In this document: piece after piece, positions 26,132 to 38,204 of the stretch
Numbering within the stretch: position 1 is the first letter of the stretch
How the letters are laid out: each line of letters begins with the position of its first letter
NCBI GenBank assembly: GCA_951406725.2
Contig: OX597817.1
Location: 141,236,001-141,300,000 of the forward strand
DNA length: 64,000 nucleotides
Reading direction: 5' to 3'
DNA from: Octopus vulgaris
Taxonomy: Eukaryota
Position numbers and translations under genes: made by a program
Notes under the pieces: model-generated
Database searches by the model: none
The model's input: the letters and a program-made list of their open reading frames with translations, nothing else
What the model was told of the DNA's origin: nothing

Positions 26132-26788
26132 CTGAGAAAGTAACAGTTAGTTCATGATATATATGTACGTATGTATGTGTGTGTACGTATGTGTGTACGT
26201 ATGTATGTATGTATGTATGTATGTATGTATGTATGTATGTATGTATGTATTCATGTATGTATGTGTGTATGTATGTATGTATGTATGTATGTGCGTATGT
26301 ATGTGTGTACATGTATGTGCGCGGTGTTCTTAGTGAAATTATGAAACTGAAAAAAACCCTCTTGAAAATTTCCGTGACTACATCAGAGGCAAGACACTGC
26401 TTTTCAATGCTGAAGAGAATAAAAACTTTTCTAAGGAGTATCATGGATCCTGAAAGACTAAAGGAAGACATAAAATGAAAGAAATAAAACTTGTTCAGCA
26501 GAGGAAGTATAATTGAAATGAGAAGCAAAGCAGCAAACAGAAGGAACAACACTCTCTCTCTCTCTCCCTCTATCTATCCTTCTCTCAGCAAATAGCTGTA
26601 GATGCTCCTGTTATTTTTTACAGTTAAAGGCAGAGGTACAAAGACAAAGAGAAATAAAAGGTGTTAAGTGGACAAGGTATAATTGAAGGGAGTGACAGAG
26701 AGATAGGATGGACAGACAGGGACTGAGACAGAAAGTGAGACAGTGACAGACAGAATGAGAGGTGACTGAAAGGAAGGTGTCATTCGTT

Positions 26789-28975
26789 TCATCATCATCA
26801 TCGTCGTCATCGTTTAAAGTCCATTTTCCATGCTGGCATGGGTTGGATGGTTTGACTGGGGGACTGGCAAGCCAGTAGGCTGCACCAGGCTCCAGTCTGA
26901 TCTGGCAAGTTTTCCACAGCTGGATGCCCTCCCTAATACCAACCACTCGAAGAGTGTAGTGTGTGCTTTTTACATGTCCCTGGCATGGGAGCCGGTCAGG
27001 CGGAACTGGCACTGACTACGTTCGGATGGTGCTTTTTACATGCCACTAGCACATGGGCAAGTCAGGCGGTGGGTGTTAGATTGGCATTACACATCCAGCA
27101 GATCATACTAGCTTCATTTTTTACAAACCGATGTATATCCTACACAGTCATGGCTAATGTTTTACTGCCATGTAGCATGTCTGTTCGCACACATGCATTA
27201 TATAGTCTTCCTTTCAATCTGAGTGAGAGGCCCTTTGTTACCAACAGACGTAGGAGCTTTCTGAACTAGTGGCAATACTCTCAGAGCATCCACCCCCACT
27301 ACAGACTTGGTTGCCTTGGTAGCAGAAGCTATCAACTAATTCTAGTTTCTTCCCCTGGTATGTGATGGAATCTGCTTTCTGAACATCTTCGATGTTTATT
27401 GCTCTTGTGCATCTGCTGCACACAAAAACTATCATCCCGGTTAACCTTCCTTTGATATTGTTGCACCTCTTATGTGTCCATAGCTTACACTGGGTATATA
27501 GTATGGAGTTTCTACCCATGCCTTTTCTACAGATTGAGCAGGGCCATCTACCTGAAGGGGATTGTGATTTGTCCGCCTTTCTACTTATTAGGAGTTTTGT
27601 TTTTGCTACACTGACTCTAAGGCCCTTTGATTCCAGACCTTGCTTCCACACCTGAAATATCTTCTCTAGTTCTGGTAGCGATTCAGCTATGAGAGCAAGC
27701 TCATTTGCATAGAGGAGCTCCCATGGGCAGCTTATCTTGAAATCCTCTGATATTGCCCGGAGGACTATGATGAACAAGAGGGGGCTGAGAACCAATCCTT
27801 GGTGAACCCCTACTTGTACCCTGGATTCCTTGATATAATCATTGCTAACCGTCACCTTGTTGACAGCATCCCTGTACATGGCCTGCATAGCTCTCACCAA
27901 CCACTCATATATCCCTAGTTTCTGCATTGTCCACCTGATAAGGGATCGGGGGGGACCCTGTCAAAAGCCAAGTATGGAAGTTTATCTTTAGCTAGGTAAT
28001 TTCTCCTGCAGTTGCCTTACCAGAAATATAGTATCAGTGGTGCTTCTGCTATGTACAAATCCAAACTGCATCTTATCTAGGCTAACTCTCCCTAACTAGT
28101 TGGGCTATGACCCTCTCCGTGATCTTCATCATCTGGTCCAACAATTTGATACCCCTGTAGTTATTTGTATCTGAAGCATCACCTTTACCTTTGTAGCAGT
28201 TGACTATGGTCCTACTACACCAGTCATTGGGTATGACTCATTCATGAACTACCTGATTAACAATGCAGTTGACTTGACTATAACCCACACCACTAGATAT
28301 TTTGAACATCTCAGCTGTGATTCCTGATGGGCCAGGGGCTTTCCCTGATTTCATATCCTTAATTGCATATCTACCAGGGTGCTATTGATTTGGGTAGCTG
28401 GTCCCTCGATTGGGTCAACCTTTGGCAGACTCTCCTCCTCCTATTCATTCTCCACATTCAGCAGTCTTTCATGATGGCATCTCCAAGCCTCTTTCTTTGC
28501 AGAATCATTAAACACAAGGGCACCATCATCCATGCGGACACATTTCTCTCCTATGACATCATCGTTTTCTCTCTCACATACTGTCTTGCATTCTGAAATA
28601 CTTCAGTCCTTTGGTCCTCACGTTGCTGAACATTGGCAAATTTCTTCTTTTCTGCTACTCTCTTGGCTATATATATCTGTCTCTTGGCTTCCCTTTTGGC
28701 TATCTGATACATTATCCTGCTACCCCCACTCTTCCAGGCCTGTTTCTTTGCTCTAATGGCCCTGTCTACAGTATTGTTACACCACCACGTTACCCTAGGT
28801 CTGGAAGGGATTTTGCACCAGCCACAGATTTGGTCTGTGGTGCTCAGTAAGCTGTCATGCAGGAATTTCCAGTTACCCTCTATGTTACATGTCTGTTGCT
28901 CCTCCCACTTCTTATCAAATTTTACAATGAGGACGTCCCTAAATCTCTGACCATGTGAAGGGTTCTTAAGCTACC
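26789..28975 (-). mobile_element. Second long RTE LINE copy (5'-truncated, internal deletions)
   Basis: Colinear with 8743-11510; RT GVHQGLVLSPLLF, LLYANEL; PHD finger at 27409-27540. Confidence 0.93.
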
Positions 28976-28979
28976 ATCA

Positions 28980-29637
28980 TCTGCGAAGTGCACGACCCAT
29001 CTATTTGCGTACATCATTCCTTCAAGTGACAAACTTTTTGTTTCCAAAGAAGTGTGTTCCACCCTTGTGTTATTCCTCTCAACTTCTCCAGAACTAGCGA
29101 AAGGTGTGTGAATATAGGCATCTCAATTGAAACATCTCGAAACGATGTTATCTACTTCGTATTAACATCGATTGGAAAAAGGGAAAACAACCTATACTAT
29201 TACGTTGTGTTGTGTAGAAAGGAAACGATTCAATGTATCCATCAGAAAAGGGCAGATCTGTAACCCATTTAATACCCATTTAATACTTACGGTGGCGTAC
29301 GGCACCACAGAAAGTGGGTATAGTGTAGTCTATAATTATATCCATGGTTTTTAAAGGGAGATTATATTTAAATAATTGCAGCGTGGACGGTGTTTATAAG
29401 CCATTTAAGAAACACACAAAAACTGTTAGATTCACTTCAACATTTAAATTTAATTTGTCAAAATATTTTCATCGCTTTGAGACCGCGACCTGTTCGCTGA
29501 CAAAACTTCGTGCTGCATCTCGAACGGTTTTGTGTGTTTCTTAAATGGCTTATAAACACCTTCCACGCTGCAATTGTTTTCGTTCCAGCATACGATCTCA
29601 GATCAAGTCACTCGCTATGCAAGTACATCTCCGTAAT
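28980..29637 (-). mobile_element. Penelope-like terminus with an inverted partial repeat
   Basis: Arms 29374-29427 and 29523-29575 are inverted copies flanking the hammerhead motif; left boundary approximate. Confidence 0.6.
29454..29504 (-). ncRNA. Minimal hammerhead motif, G3-C8 variant (this copy U4C)
   Basis: UUUGUCA-GCGAACA-g-GUCGC(9 nt)GCGAU-GAA-AAUAUU-U-UGACAAA. Confidence 0.55.
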
Positions 29638-29981
29638 ATATTTAAATAATTACCATTTCAAAGTCATGGCAAGAGTTCTGTTTCTTGTTGCTTAAGGGAG
29701 TTAATTTGAAGTGTTTGGCACTTTCCCCAACGTTATTTGTTAGAGTTATCTCCCTTACAGTGGGATTTATATTTTTGAATTTTTAAGTGAGATTTTAGCC
29801 TTGATATATCGTAAATCTTTCTTAAATTTAGCAGGTATAATAAATGGACCCAAGGGTATGGAGGTGCAGTCGACTCGGACGGAAATTGAACTCGGAACAT
29901 AAAGTCTGACCAAATACAACTAACTCATATATCTTTCTTTAAACACACGCAAACACATGTGTGGACCTCTCTCTCTCCCCA

Positions 29982-30043
<62 letters not shown>

Positions 30044-30498
30044 TATATATATTTATGTATGTATGTATGTATCTGCATATGTGTGCGTGCCTAGTGTTTG
30101 CGTGAAGGTGTGTGTATGCGTGTACGTCTGTGTGTTGGGTGTTGAATACGTGCGCGTGTGTGTAGTGCGTGTATATCTATGTGTATGTATGTGTGTTTGG
30201 GTGAGGTTTAGGGTTAGGGCTATAGGGTTAGTTGTCTCTTTGACTTCTTTCTATTCCGTACACGTTTACTTCGACATAAGTCCACCTTGTTCGTCCTACA
30301 GCTGCTACTCGTCATTCACCTTGTCGCCTCCATCTCTGTACTTTAATCTGTTCCTCCCTAATGAGTGTTGTTCCTTTCGTGAAGTAGAAGACATCTTATT
30401 ATATTTCACGTCCCCTGGTAACAAATATTCAATCATGCCCCATTGCCTACTATAATAGGAGAAATGTAACCAAGGAAGGCAACATATAGCTCTTCTAC

Positions 30499-30893
30499 TG
30501 TTAACCACTGGATATAGTGATTTCCTGTTACACATATTCATGAAGATATTATGTTTATATCATGAAAAGGACTAGTGGTTACATAATAATATTCGTTGTC
30601 ACATAAGGTGAAGGTATTGCTGATATCTCCTGTTATTTATGTGTGGTTCAAAATATTTTTTCGACCTCGTTTGTGAGATTCAGAAGTAATTGGCCCCAGC
30701 ACTACCTCAACCACCGCCGCCTCCAGTTTATATAGGCAGCAGGAGCGGCAACGCTTCCCTACCTCAATTTCACGACCGATCGCAGCTATCCGCCACAGAG
30801 CTATGGCAGACACTGGCTGCCAGTCATGCCTGGCTGGTATAAGTCTTCTATCCAACCTGGGCCAGGACCAGTGCAAACTTATAGTGGTCAACA
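30499..30893 (-). mobile_element. Probable solo LTR (TGTT...AACA)
   Basis: 11-bp imperfect terminal inverted repeat tgttaaccact / agtggtcaaca; minus-strand TATATAAA near 30727-30734; no TSD found. Confidence 0.5.
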
Positions 30894-30902
30894 TGAAAAA
30901 GA

Positions 30903-31168
30903 ATACCGCTAAGGATGTTATGATTTTTCCGGTGCTGGTTTGTCCGTCTGACTATCTGTCTGTTCGTTTGGTTGTTTGTTTGTTTGTTTGTTTGTATGTT
31001 GGGAACAACTGTCAAAGTTATGGACGCGTTTTTGATGAAAGCTTTCGGAAATGTTTAAAATGGGACAAGGAACACGTGATTAGATTTTGGAGGTGATTCG
31101 GTGTAAACCAAACTTTGGGTGATGAGGAGGAGCCTGCTGCTTGGCGGAGGTCCGCACTTTCCTAGTGC
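30903..31168 (+). mobile_element. Helentron-associated (HINE/DINE-1-like) non-autonomous element
   Basis: Sub-terminal IR ccgctaagg (30906-30914) / cttggcgg (31140-31147), internal (gttt)n, 3' hairpin gcact-ttcct-agtgc (31154-31168). Confidence 0.7.
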
Positions 31169-31204
31169 AAAAACTCTATAGTTTTTCACTATTCTGTATT
31201 GTTT

Positions 31205-31975
31205 TCAGGAAACGTGAAGTGTCTTTGAACGAAATTTTGAGTATTCTTGAAGAGGAAGATGAAGGTCTATATGATATTTTCATTGAACACCCGGAGATTA
31301 CTGATATGACAGATGATGATTCGGGGAAAGAAGATGAAGCTAACACCATTCAGTACACTCATCATCTCTCAGGCAAAAAACTTCGCGCCCCAGCAGAATT
31401 GCAATCACGAAGTACGAAAACAATAGATAACAAAGTGATGCAGAAAGAAAGTTCTGCTGAAACCGGAGCGGCTTCAGGTGCGGGAAAGAAAAGAAAAAAA
31501 AATGTCAAATTACTTGAGAAAAGGTTGACATACAAGTGATGTCCTCCATTTTTCCTGAGTGTAAATATTCAAAATACATGGATTTTAGTGAAGTGGAATT
31601 ATTTGAGCTATTACATGACAATGATATATTTGAGCATTCAATGAAAGAAGACTCACGAGGGGAAATGTAGAATTAGAATCGACTTATGGAAAATGTTCGT
31701 CAACAGTACTTCATTTACTGGATTCCTATAGCGATAAGAAAAATTACCTTCCTTATTATGTAGATTTTGATAACTTGTTCACATCAGTGCCACTTCTAAA
31801 TGAACTCAAAACTTTGTACTAGTAGATTGAGAACAAAAAGTTTAGAAGCCTCGTGTCCTAGTTCTTCTGTACGCTGTTTGGATAAAAAAGAACGATGCTC
31901 TTCAAAGACTGTCACCGTAGTCCTGGAATCCAATGATATAAAAATCACTAGATGGAAAGATAACGCTGTTGTGAC
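31205..31975 (+). mobile_element. piggyBac transposase relic (PGBD3-like), internally deleted
   Basis: IFIEHPEITDMTDDDSGKED N-terminus; catalytic-type VDFDNLFTSVPLL (~31761-31799); ITRWKDNAVVT. Confidence 0.85.
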
Positions 31976-32901
31976 TGGGATCCACCATTCATGGGAAGAA
32001 CCCAACAGTATTCAAGGTACTGATGCAGTACCAGGCAGTGGTTCTCATGGTTTCACATCTTAACTGATTGGAATTGTTATCATGTACGTTGTTTTGTCTT
32101 GGTATAAAAGAAGGACTACAGCAAATATTCTGCTCAATATTCTTTTACGTGTTTCATTCATTTGGCTTGGCCATGCTGGTGCACTGCCTTGTATAGTTTC
32201 GCCAATCAAATCAACGCTTTTAAGTCAACTTTGAAGCCCGTTGCTTGATGTTTCTCGAAAATTCTTCTTAAGGTCCTTCACTTATATATATATAAAAAAA
32301 AGGATAAACATATTGAATTTAAAGTCACTTGGTTTCTATTTCAAGCATGAAGACTAACTACATTCGGGAAAACTTTTTATAAATGCTTCTCAAAGCGACT
32401 TTCAGTTTAGTATGAAAAACAATGCAAACTTGAGTGCATTGGCAGCTATTTCTAGCATGATGTGAAATCATCCATAGGACAATTCGTTTTAAAAAATGTT
32501 TCTTAAATTGTCCTTCAATACGTGGCCTATTTAATTCCATCAATTATGATTAATAATTAGTTATATAATTAAATCGTTTCTAGTCAATAGAAGCTAGAGA
32601 ACTACAATTTAAGGCAAATCTGAAAATATAATTTATTTGTGAGAAAGGAGCGTTTTTTAGAAATAATGAAAAGGAAGAGAGAAGGGGTAAGATATAATGA
32701 AGTAGGAGAGAGAGAGAGAGCGAGAGAGAGAGAAAGAGAGAGAGAGAGAGAAAGGAAAAAGGGAGAGAGAAAAAGAGGGATGATGAGTGGAGTGAGAAGT
32801 CGCTTGATTGGTTTTGCAAGGTGAGAGAAAGAGAGGGAGAGAGAAAGAATGAAAGGTAGCGTTAGGTAAGAGAGAAAAATAAGAGGGGCAGGGCGATATA
32901 G

Positions 32902-32938
<37 letters not shown>

Positions 32939-33621
32939 GAGAGAGAGAGAGAGAGTAAGAGGGGAGAGCGAGAGAAAGAGATGGAAACGAAAAGCTTCAT
33001 GTGTTTAGTAAGTTAGGAAGAGGATGAGTTAAGACAGAAAGCAAGGGGGAGGAGGATGAAATCTGTAATAACTAATGAGATTAGAGACGGGTGGGAAGAG
33101 AAAGAGACAAAGGCAGAGAGAGGGAGGGAGAGAGCTCTCTTTATTTACTAATAGAGGAGGGGTATGAGGTAATAAAGGATGCAAAATAGGCGGAGTCGGT
33201 GTGAATGGGAGGGGAGAGAAAAACAGTAAGGATAATAACTCTTATTACATCCCTTTTTAGCATTAAACTGTATTAAGTTCTGATTTGTTAAATAAAATCT
33301 GTGAAGATTTCCAAATCTGATTTAATGTAAATAATTCATTGAAGTGTTTAGAAATTGGCGAATATGTTTAGGTAAGAAGAAAGGAGTGTTTCATTGAAAT
33401 CTTTTATTTATTTTACTGGGTTCAGTCATTGCACAGCGGCCAGGCTGGAGCGCCGAATTCATGAATTTTAATTGAATGAAGCACTACAATATTTGTTTTT
33501 AATTTGCATTTTTCTTTTGTCTTTTCTGCATGGTTACTTCTATCGGTGACTTTTGCCAAACGGCTAAGTTACGGGGACGTAAACACACAAAGACTGAATT
33601 TGTGAAAAGCGAAAATACAAA

Positions 33622-34059
33622 GGATCTTTTCGGTTTGAACGGCAGTTTTTTCTAGCGGTGTCATATGAATTTGTCACCCATAATTATAACCCAAGTATCG
33701 AGCTATTGCATTTCAATCTGTTTTAAGGTTAGGGTTAGAGTTATGGTTAGTTAGGGTTAGGGGTGGGGGAAGGGTATATTTTTTTCTTCAGAAATGTAAA
33801 TAAACCCAATCTGTTTTTTAAACGAGGTACATATTCATACGGCACAGAATGTTTTCACCTCAATAGACATCATTGATTGGTTGAAATTGCAGAAATTGAA
33901 GAAAAAAAGCAATAAATATCTTACAAACTATAGAATTTTCTCAATAAAGCCAAGAGAAAAAGATGTTTTATAAACACATTCTACCAGTATACGAAGTTTA
34001 AAAGTGTTTAGTTACGTGGAAATTATTTTAAAAAACTGCCGGTCAAACCGAAAATATCC
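33622..34059. mobile_element. MITE with internal TTAGGG-like tract
   Basis: ~29-bp TIR ggatcttttcggtttgaacggcagttttt / aaaaactgccggtcaaaccgaaaatatcc; flanks aatacaaa / aacacaaa (8-bp TSD, one mismatch); nested in a SINE tail. Confidence 0.85.
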
Positions 34060-34067
34060 AACACAAA

Positions 34068-34121
<54 letters not shown>

Positions 34122-34164
34122 CACAGAGTAACTATATGATTAATCATTAGTTAAACAATTAAAT

Positions 34165-35545
34165 ACATCTATTCGGCGCAATACTCAGAGTTTCAGAATT
34201 ACTCGCGCCGTTCAACGGCATTTGGTTCTAATCGTTCACACTTACATCTCAATACAAATCATAGGTTGGCTGCTGCAGCAACTGAAATCACAAGTCAACG
34301 CGCATTCGCTTTTCTTCTTCATCCCGTTTCCCTTTGTGGTTGCGGCGAAGCTTCCATTCGGCGACGCAATACACAGCACTTAGAAGAGGGTCGGACTTAC
34401 TCCCGCTGTTTAAACAAGTTTCATGCAACTCGTTCTCTCTGAATACACGTGAAAGTAATCCGGGTGGATGCTGTAGAAGCAAAAATCACTTCAAGCCCAA
34501 CATACGATCACACACATTCGTGCACGACAGCTTTTAGTGCTAAACAATTAGAACGATCGCCGGTAAACGGCAGCTACATTGTTCAACACTCTTTTTAGTG
34601 TTGTGTATTGCGTGCCGAATTAGAGCATCGCCGAAGCGGTGAACTAAGGCCCCTGGATCGAGTGCGCGTCTCTGTGTGTTTGTCCGTGTGTTATGCATTA
34701 AGTGATGTCCGTTGCTTCAGCAACCACCCAGTGTTCTGCCTAGCGAGCTGGCAGAAGCGTTAGCACGCCCGGGCGAAATGCTTAGCAGTATTTCATGTGC
34801 CGTTACATTCTGAGTTCAAATTCCACCGAGGTCGACTTTGCCTTTCATCCTTTCGGGGTCGATTAAATAAGTACCAGTTATGCACTGGGGTCGATATAAT
34901 AAACTTAATACGTTTGTCTGTCCTTGTTTGTTCTCTCTGTGTTTAGCCCCTTGTAGGTAGTAAAGAAATATGTATTTCGTCTGCCGCTACGTTGTGAGTT
35001 CAAATTCCGCCGAGGTCGACTTTGCCTTTCATCCTTTCGGGGTCGATTAAATAAGTACCAGTTATGCACTGGGGTCGATATAATCGACTTAATCCGTTTG
35101 TCTGTCCTTGTTTGTTCCCTCTGTGCTTAGCCCCTTGTAGGTAGTAAGGAAATAGGTATCAGAATGAACGAGTCGAAGGATACACTAGTAAACGGTGGGA
35201 GGTCCGACATATTTTCCATGTTACGTGTTGCGCCGCCCGAATGGAAGCATCGCTGCAGCCGTTAAGATACAACCGACGGAACAAGCGAGAGAGAGTGTGT
35301 GTGTCCGTGTGTTATGCGCCAAGTATCAATTGCTACTGCAGCCGCCGCCGCCCAGTGCTGTGTCGTGTCTTCCACATCAGAATGATCTTGTAGATTGAAG
35401 CGTCGGTAAACGGCGGTGAAAAGTCCAACACTCTTTTACGTCCTGCGTATTGTGTCGCCGAACCGAGGCTTTGTTGCAATCGCTAACAAAATACACCATA
35501 TCAAGGGTGAGTGTAGGCGTGTCCGTGTGTGATGCACTGTGTATG
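34165..35545. repeat. Diverged CpG-rich ~200-220 bp tandem array (~5.5 units) with an internal inversion
   Basis: Core gtattgcgtcgccgaa-like at 34172-34184 (-), 34357-34372 (-), 34605-34619 (+), 35225-35241 (+), 35447-35462 (+), with colinear flanking blocks. Confidence 0.8.
34741..35157 (+). mobile_element. SINE partial dimer inserted into the array
   Basis: Head + two body-tail units, junction at ~34970. Confidence 0.85.
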
Positions 35546-35593
35546 TGTGTGTGTGTGTGTACAGAGAGTGGGGTAAAGAGATAAAAATTGAAA

Positions 35594-35624
<31 letters not shown>

Positions 35625-35727
35625 TTGTGTGTGTACATATATCTATATATGTATATGCATATTATATATATATGTGTATGTATATATATATATATATATG
35701 TACATATATCCACATATATATATATGC

Positions 35728-35779
<52 letters not shown>

Positions 35780-35807
35780 TATGCGCGCGCGCGCGCGTGT
35801 GTGTAAA

Positions 35808-36012
35808 GGCGTGTGGCTTAGTGGTTAGGGGGTCAGCATCATGATCGTAAGATTGTGGTTTCGATTCCTGTACCGGGCGATGCGTTGTGTTCTTGAGCAC
35901 TTCATTTCACGTTGCTCCAGTCCACTCAGCTAGCAAAAATGAGTAACGCTGCGGTGGACAGGCGTCCCGTCCAGCTGGGGAACACATACGCCACAGAAAC
36001 CGGGAAACCTGG
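35808..36012 (+). mobile_element. tRNA-derived SINE
   Basis: A box gtggcttagtgg, B box ggtttcgattcc; tail shared with the 17722 family. Confidence 0.8.
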
Positions 36013-36018
36013 CGCGTT

Positions 36019-36089
<71 letters not shown>

Positions 36090-36143
36090 ATCGTAAAATT
36101 TCAAGAAACAATCAAATTAGTAACTATAGAAAGAAGTAAAGAT

Positions 36144-36335
36144 ATTCGCCACGTCAAAGTCGCTGTTCCATGTTACTACTTGTTTAACCCCAGGCAGATT
36201 GTCCACCAGTTGGCCAACAGGACAAAGTTGCATCTCCTATATACAATATATATGGCTAGTAGTGGGAGAGAAACCCAACCATCCACTGGGGTTAAACAAG
36301 TAGTTACATGGAACAGACATCTTAATGTGACGAAT
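36144..36335. repeat. Inverted repeat, probable DNA-transposon remnant
   Basis: ctgttccatgttactacttgtttaacccca (36163-36192) pairs with 36287-36316 with one mismatch; weaker outer extension. Confidence 0.75.
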
Positions 36336-36601
36336 GATTTCCCTTGTCTTTATCGTTTCTACTTTACTCTCTTCTTGAGAGTTTACGACCAGCTATCTTG
36401 CTTTTTGCAAATCAGTGGCCGATGGTCACTTTGTTTACAATACATGACTAGTGAGAGCGAGCCATGGCTATTGATCTGGCGGTTAGGTACTCGCGACTGG
36501 GGATGAGCGAAGCAGCTCGAAACTGAGTCAGTCTTGCGATCCTGTGTCTACGAGGATATAGCAGGGGATCGCTCCCTCTGCTAGCAATATATATTGTATA
36601 T

Positions 36602-36806
36602 CTATTTCTTTACTACCCACAAGATGCTAAACACAGAGGGGACAAACAAGGACAGACATAGGTATTAAGTCTATTAACTGGTACTTAATTTATCGACCCC
36701 GAAAGGATGAAAGGCAAAGTCGACCTCGGCGGAATTTGAACTCAGAACGTAACGACAGACGAAATACGGCTACGCATTTCGCCCGGCGTGCTAACGTTTC
36801 TGCCAG
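36602..36806 (-). mobile_element. tRNA SINE (MetaSINE-like family)
   Basis: Same body and tail as 12106-12338. Confidence 0.85.
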
Positions 36807-36811
36807 ACCGG

Positions 36812-37920
36812 TTGAGGTAAAGGAATTGTGACGTAATGCTGCTATGTGTACCGAGTTCGATTTTGGTAGTGGACGGATAGCACGGGGGTCAAGTCTTGGA
36901 TGGACTTTAAAATTGATGCCAACATCATCTGTGCAATATTGATGGAATATTTTGCCACATAACATAAATGATGTAGTGCTCCCGGCGGGGTTGGAGAGAA
37001 GTGAATCCCAATAATCAATGACTCCCATGTCGTCTATCTTTCTTCTTGTAGAACTCTGGAGTGTTTCTACTTTCATAATGAGTTGTTTCGTATGGTGCGG
37101 GCACAGAGGACAACAGTACTCAAGGTGGGGCGGACAAAAGTAGACCGGAAAGTTCTCAGAATCCAGGTGTAGATCTTGCGGGCCAAGTCAATCTTGTTGT
37201 TTACGTAGGAATTCCAGCTTAGATGGTTATCAACAATCACTGGTTTTGTTCGATGACACTAAGGAATCGCCCGAGGGAAGAGCATATGGTAATTTCAGAG
37301 TTTCCTCTTTCCCAAAGTGGATCAAATCAAATTTATCTTCCTTTAAAAGCATATTGTTATTTTTTACGCCCATTGGAGTATAAGCAAACAGATCTAACCG
37401 AAGGCATGTCAGGTCTCTCATGCCGTTTATGGCTTTCTGGAGTTTGGAATCATCTGCAAAGATTTTCAATGTAGAATGTTTGATGACATCTACTGTCGTG
37501 TCGTTGGTGTAAATAATGAAGAGGAGTGGACACAACACAGTACCTTGTGGGACACCACTACTTTGGCTGAGCTGGATCGTATTCCCTCAAACATAAAATG
37601 TTGGGTTTTATTCGCCAGGAAACACTTTATCCACTGCAGTAGCTTTCCACCGATTCCAATGTTAGACAGTTTCTTCAAATGCCTTGCTGAAATCAAGGTA
37701 TATGACGTCAGTGTTGGAGCACTCTCCCAATTCTTTTAAGATGTCATCAAAATGGTGCAGAAGCTGCGACAGGCAGTCCTTGCCATCACGGAAACCATGA
37801 TGGTTGGGGTTCAGCAGATTGTTGTCTTCGAGGAAGTGTGTTATTCGCGATCTCACCACCCTCTCTTTAATACTTTAATGACATGAGAAGTGAGCGAAAT
37901 GGGACGGTAGTTCACTGCAA
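36812..37920 (-). mobile_element. CR1-type LINE RT fragment
   Basis: NYRPISLTSHVIK, HGFRDGKDCLSQLL, DVIYLDFSKAF, PLLFIIYTND, KIFADDSKL. Confidence 0.9.
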
Positions 37921-38204
37921 GAGATTTGTTTCTCTTTTGGATTAATTTAAGAATTTAGCTCTTATTTCTAGCAGGTGATGTTTGTTAAGCATCCTTACGC
38001 TTCGTACAAATTTATAACTCATAGCTATTTAATGCTATTGCACCTGCGATCCACCTATGTCACTGCTGGTGATATCATCAATTTTTAAATTTATCCACAG
38101 ATGATATGAACAGTAGTGACATCTGATTTCATATCTTAGTGTTTGAATGTAAGAAGATAGGGAAGTGTCAAAGGTGGTTAGTGATAGGCAACAGATGGTA
38201 TTAC

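Larger units (their letters stand above)
22988..26478 (+). mobile_element. hAT (Tip100/ZMYM1-like) transposase relic with nested insertions
   Basis: RSFNSEW, NPGVFRGL, SKIIQNEIL, MADGTTDASEHTQM, QTFDGANVMKG, IHFYAHQFNL, and dimerisation motif VTTSEARHCFSMLKRIKTFLRS. Confidence 0.9.

Noticed and set aside
34165-35545. CRISPR-like reading of the repeat array
   Set aside because: Eukaryotic context, no cas genes, and the intervening sequences are homologous to each other rather than unique spacers.
35501-36139. YI/HT/VC-repeat ORFs here and throughout the window
   Set aside because: Translations of (TA)n and (CA)n microsatellites.
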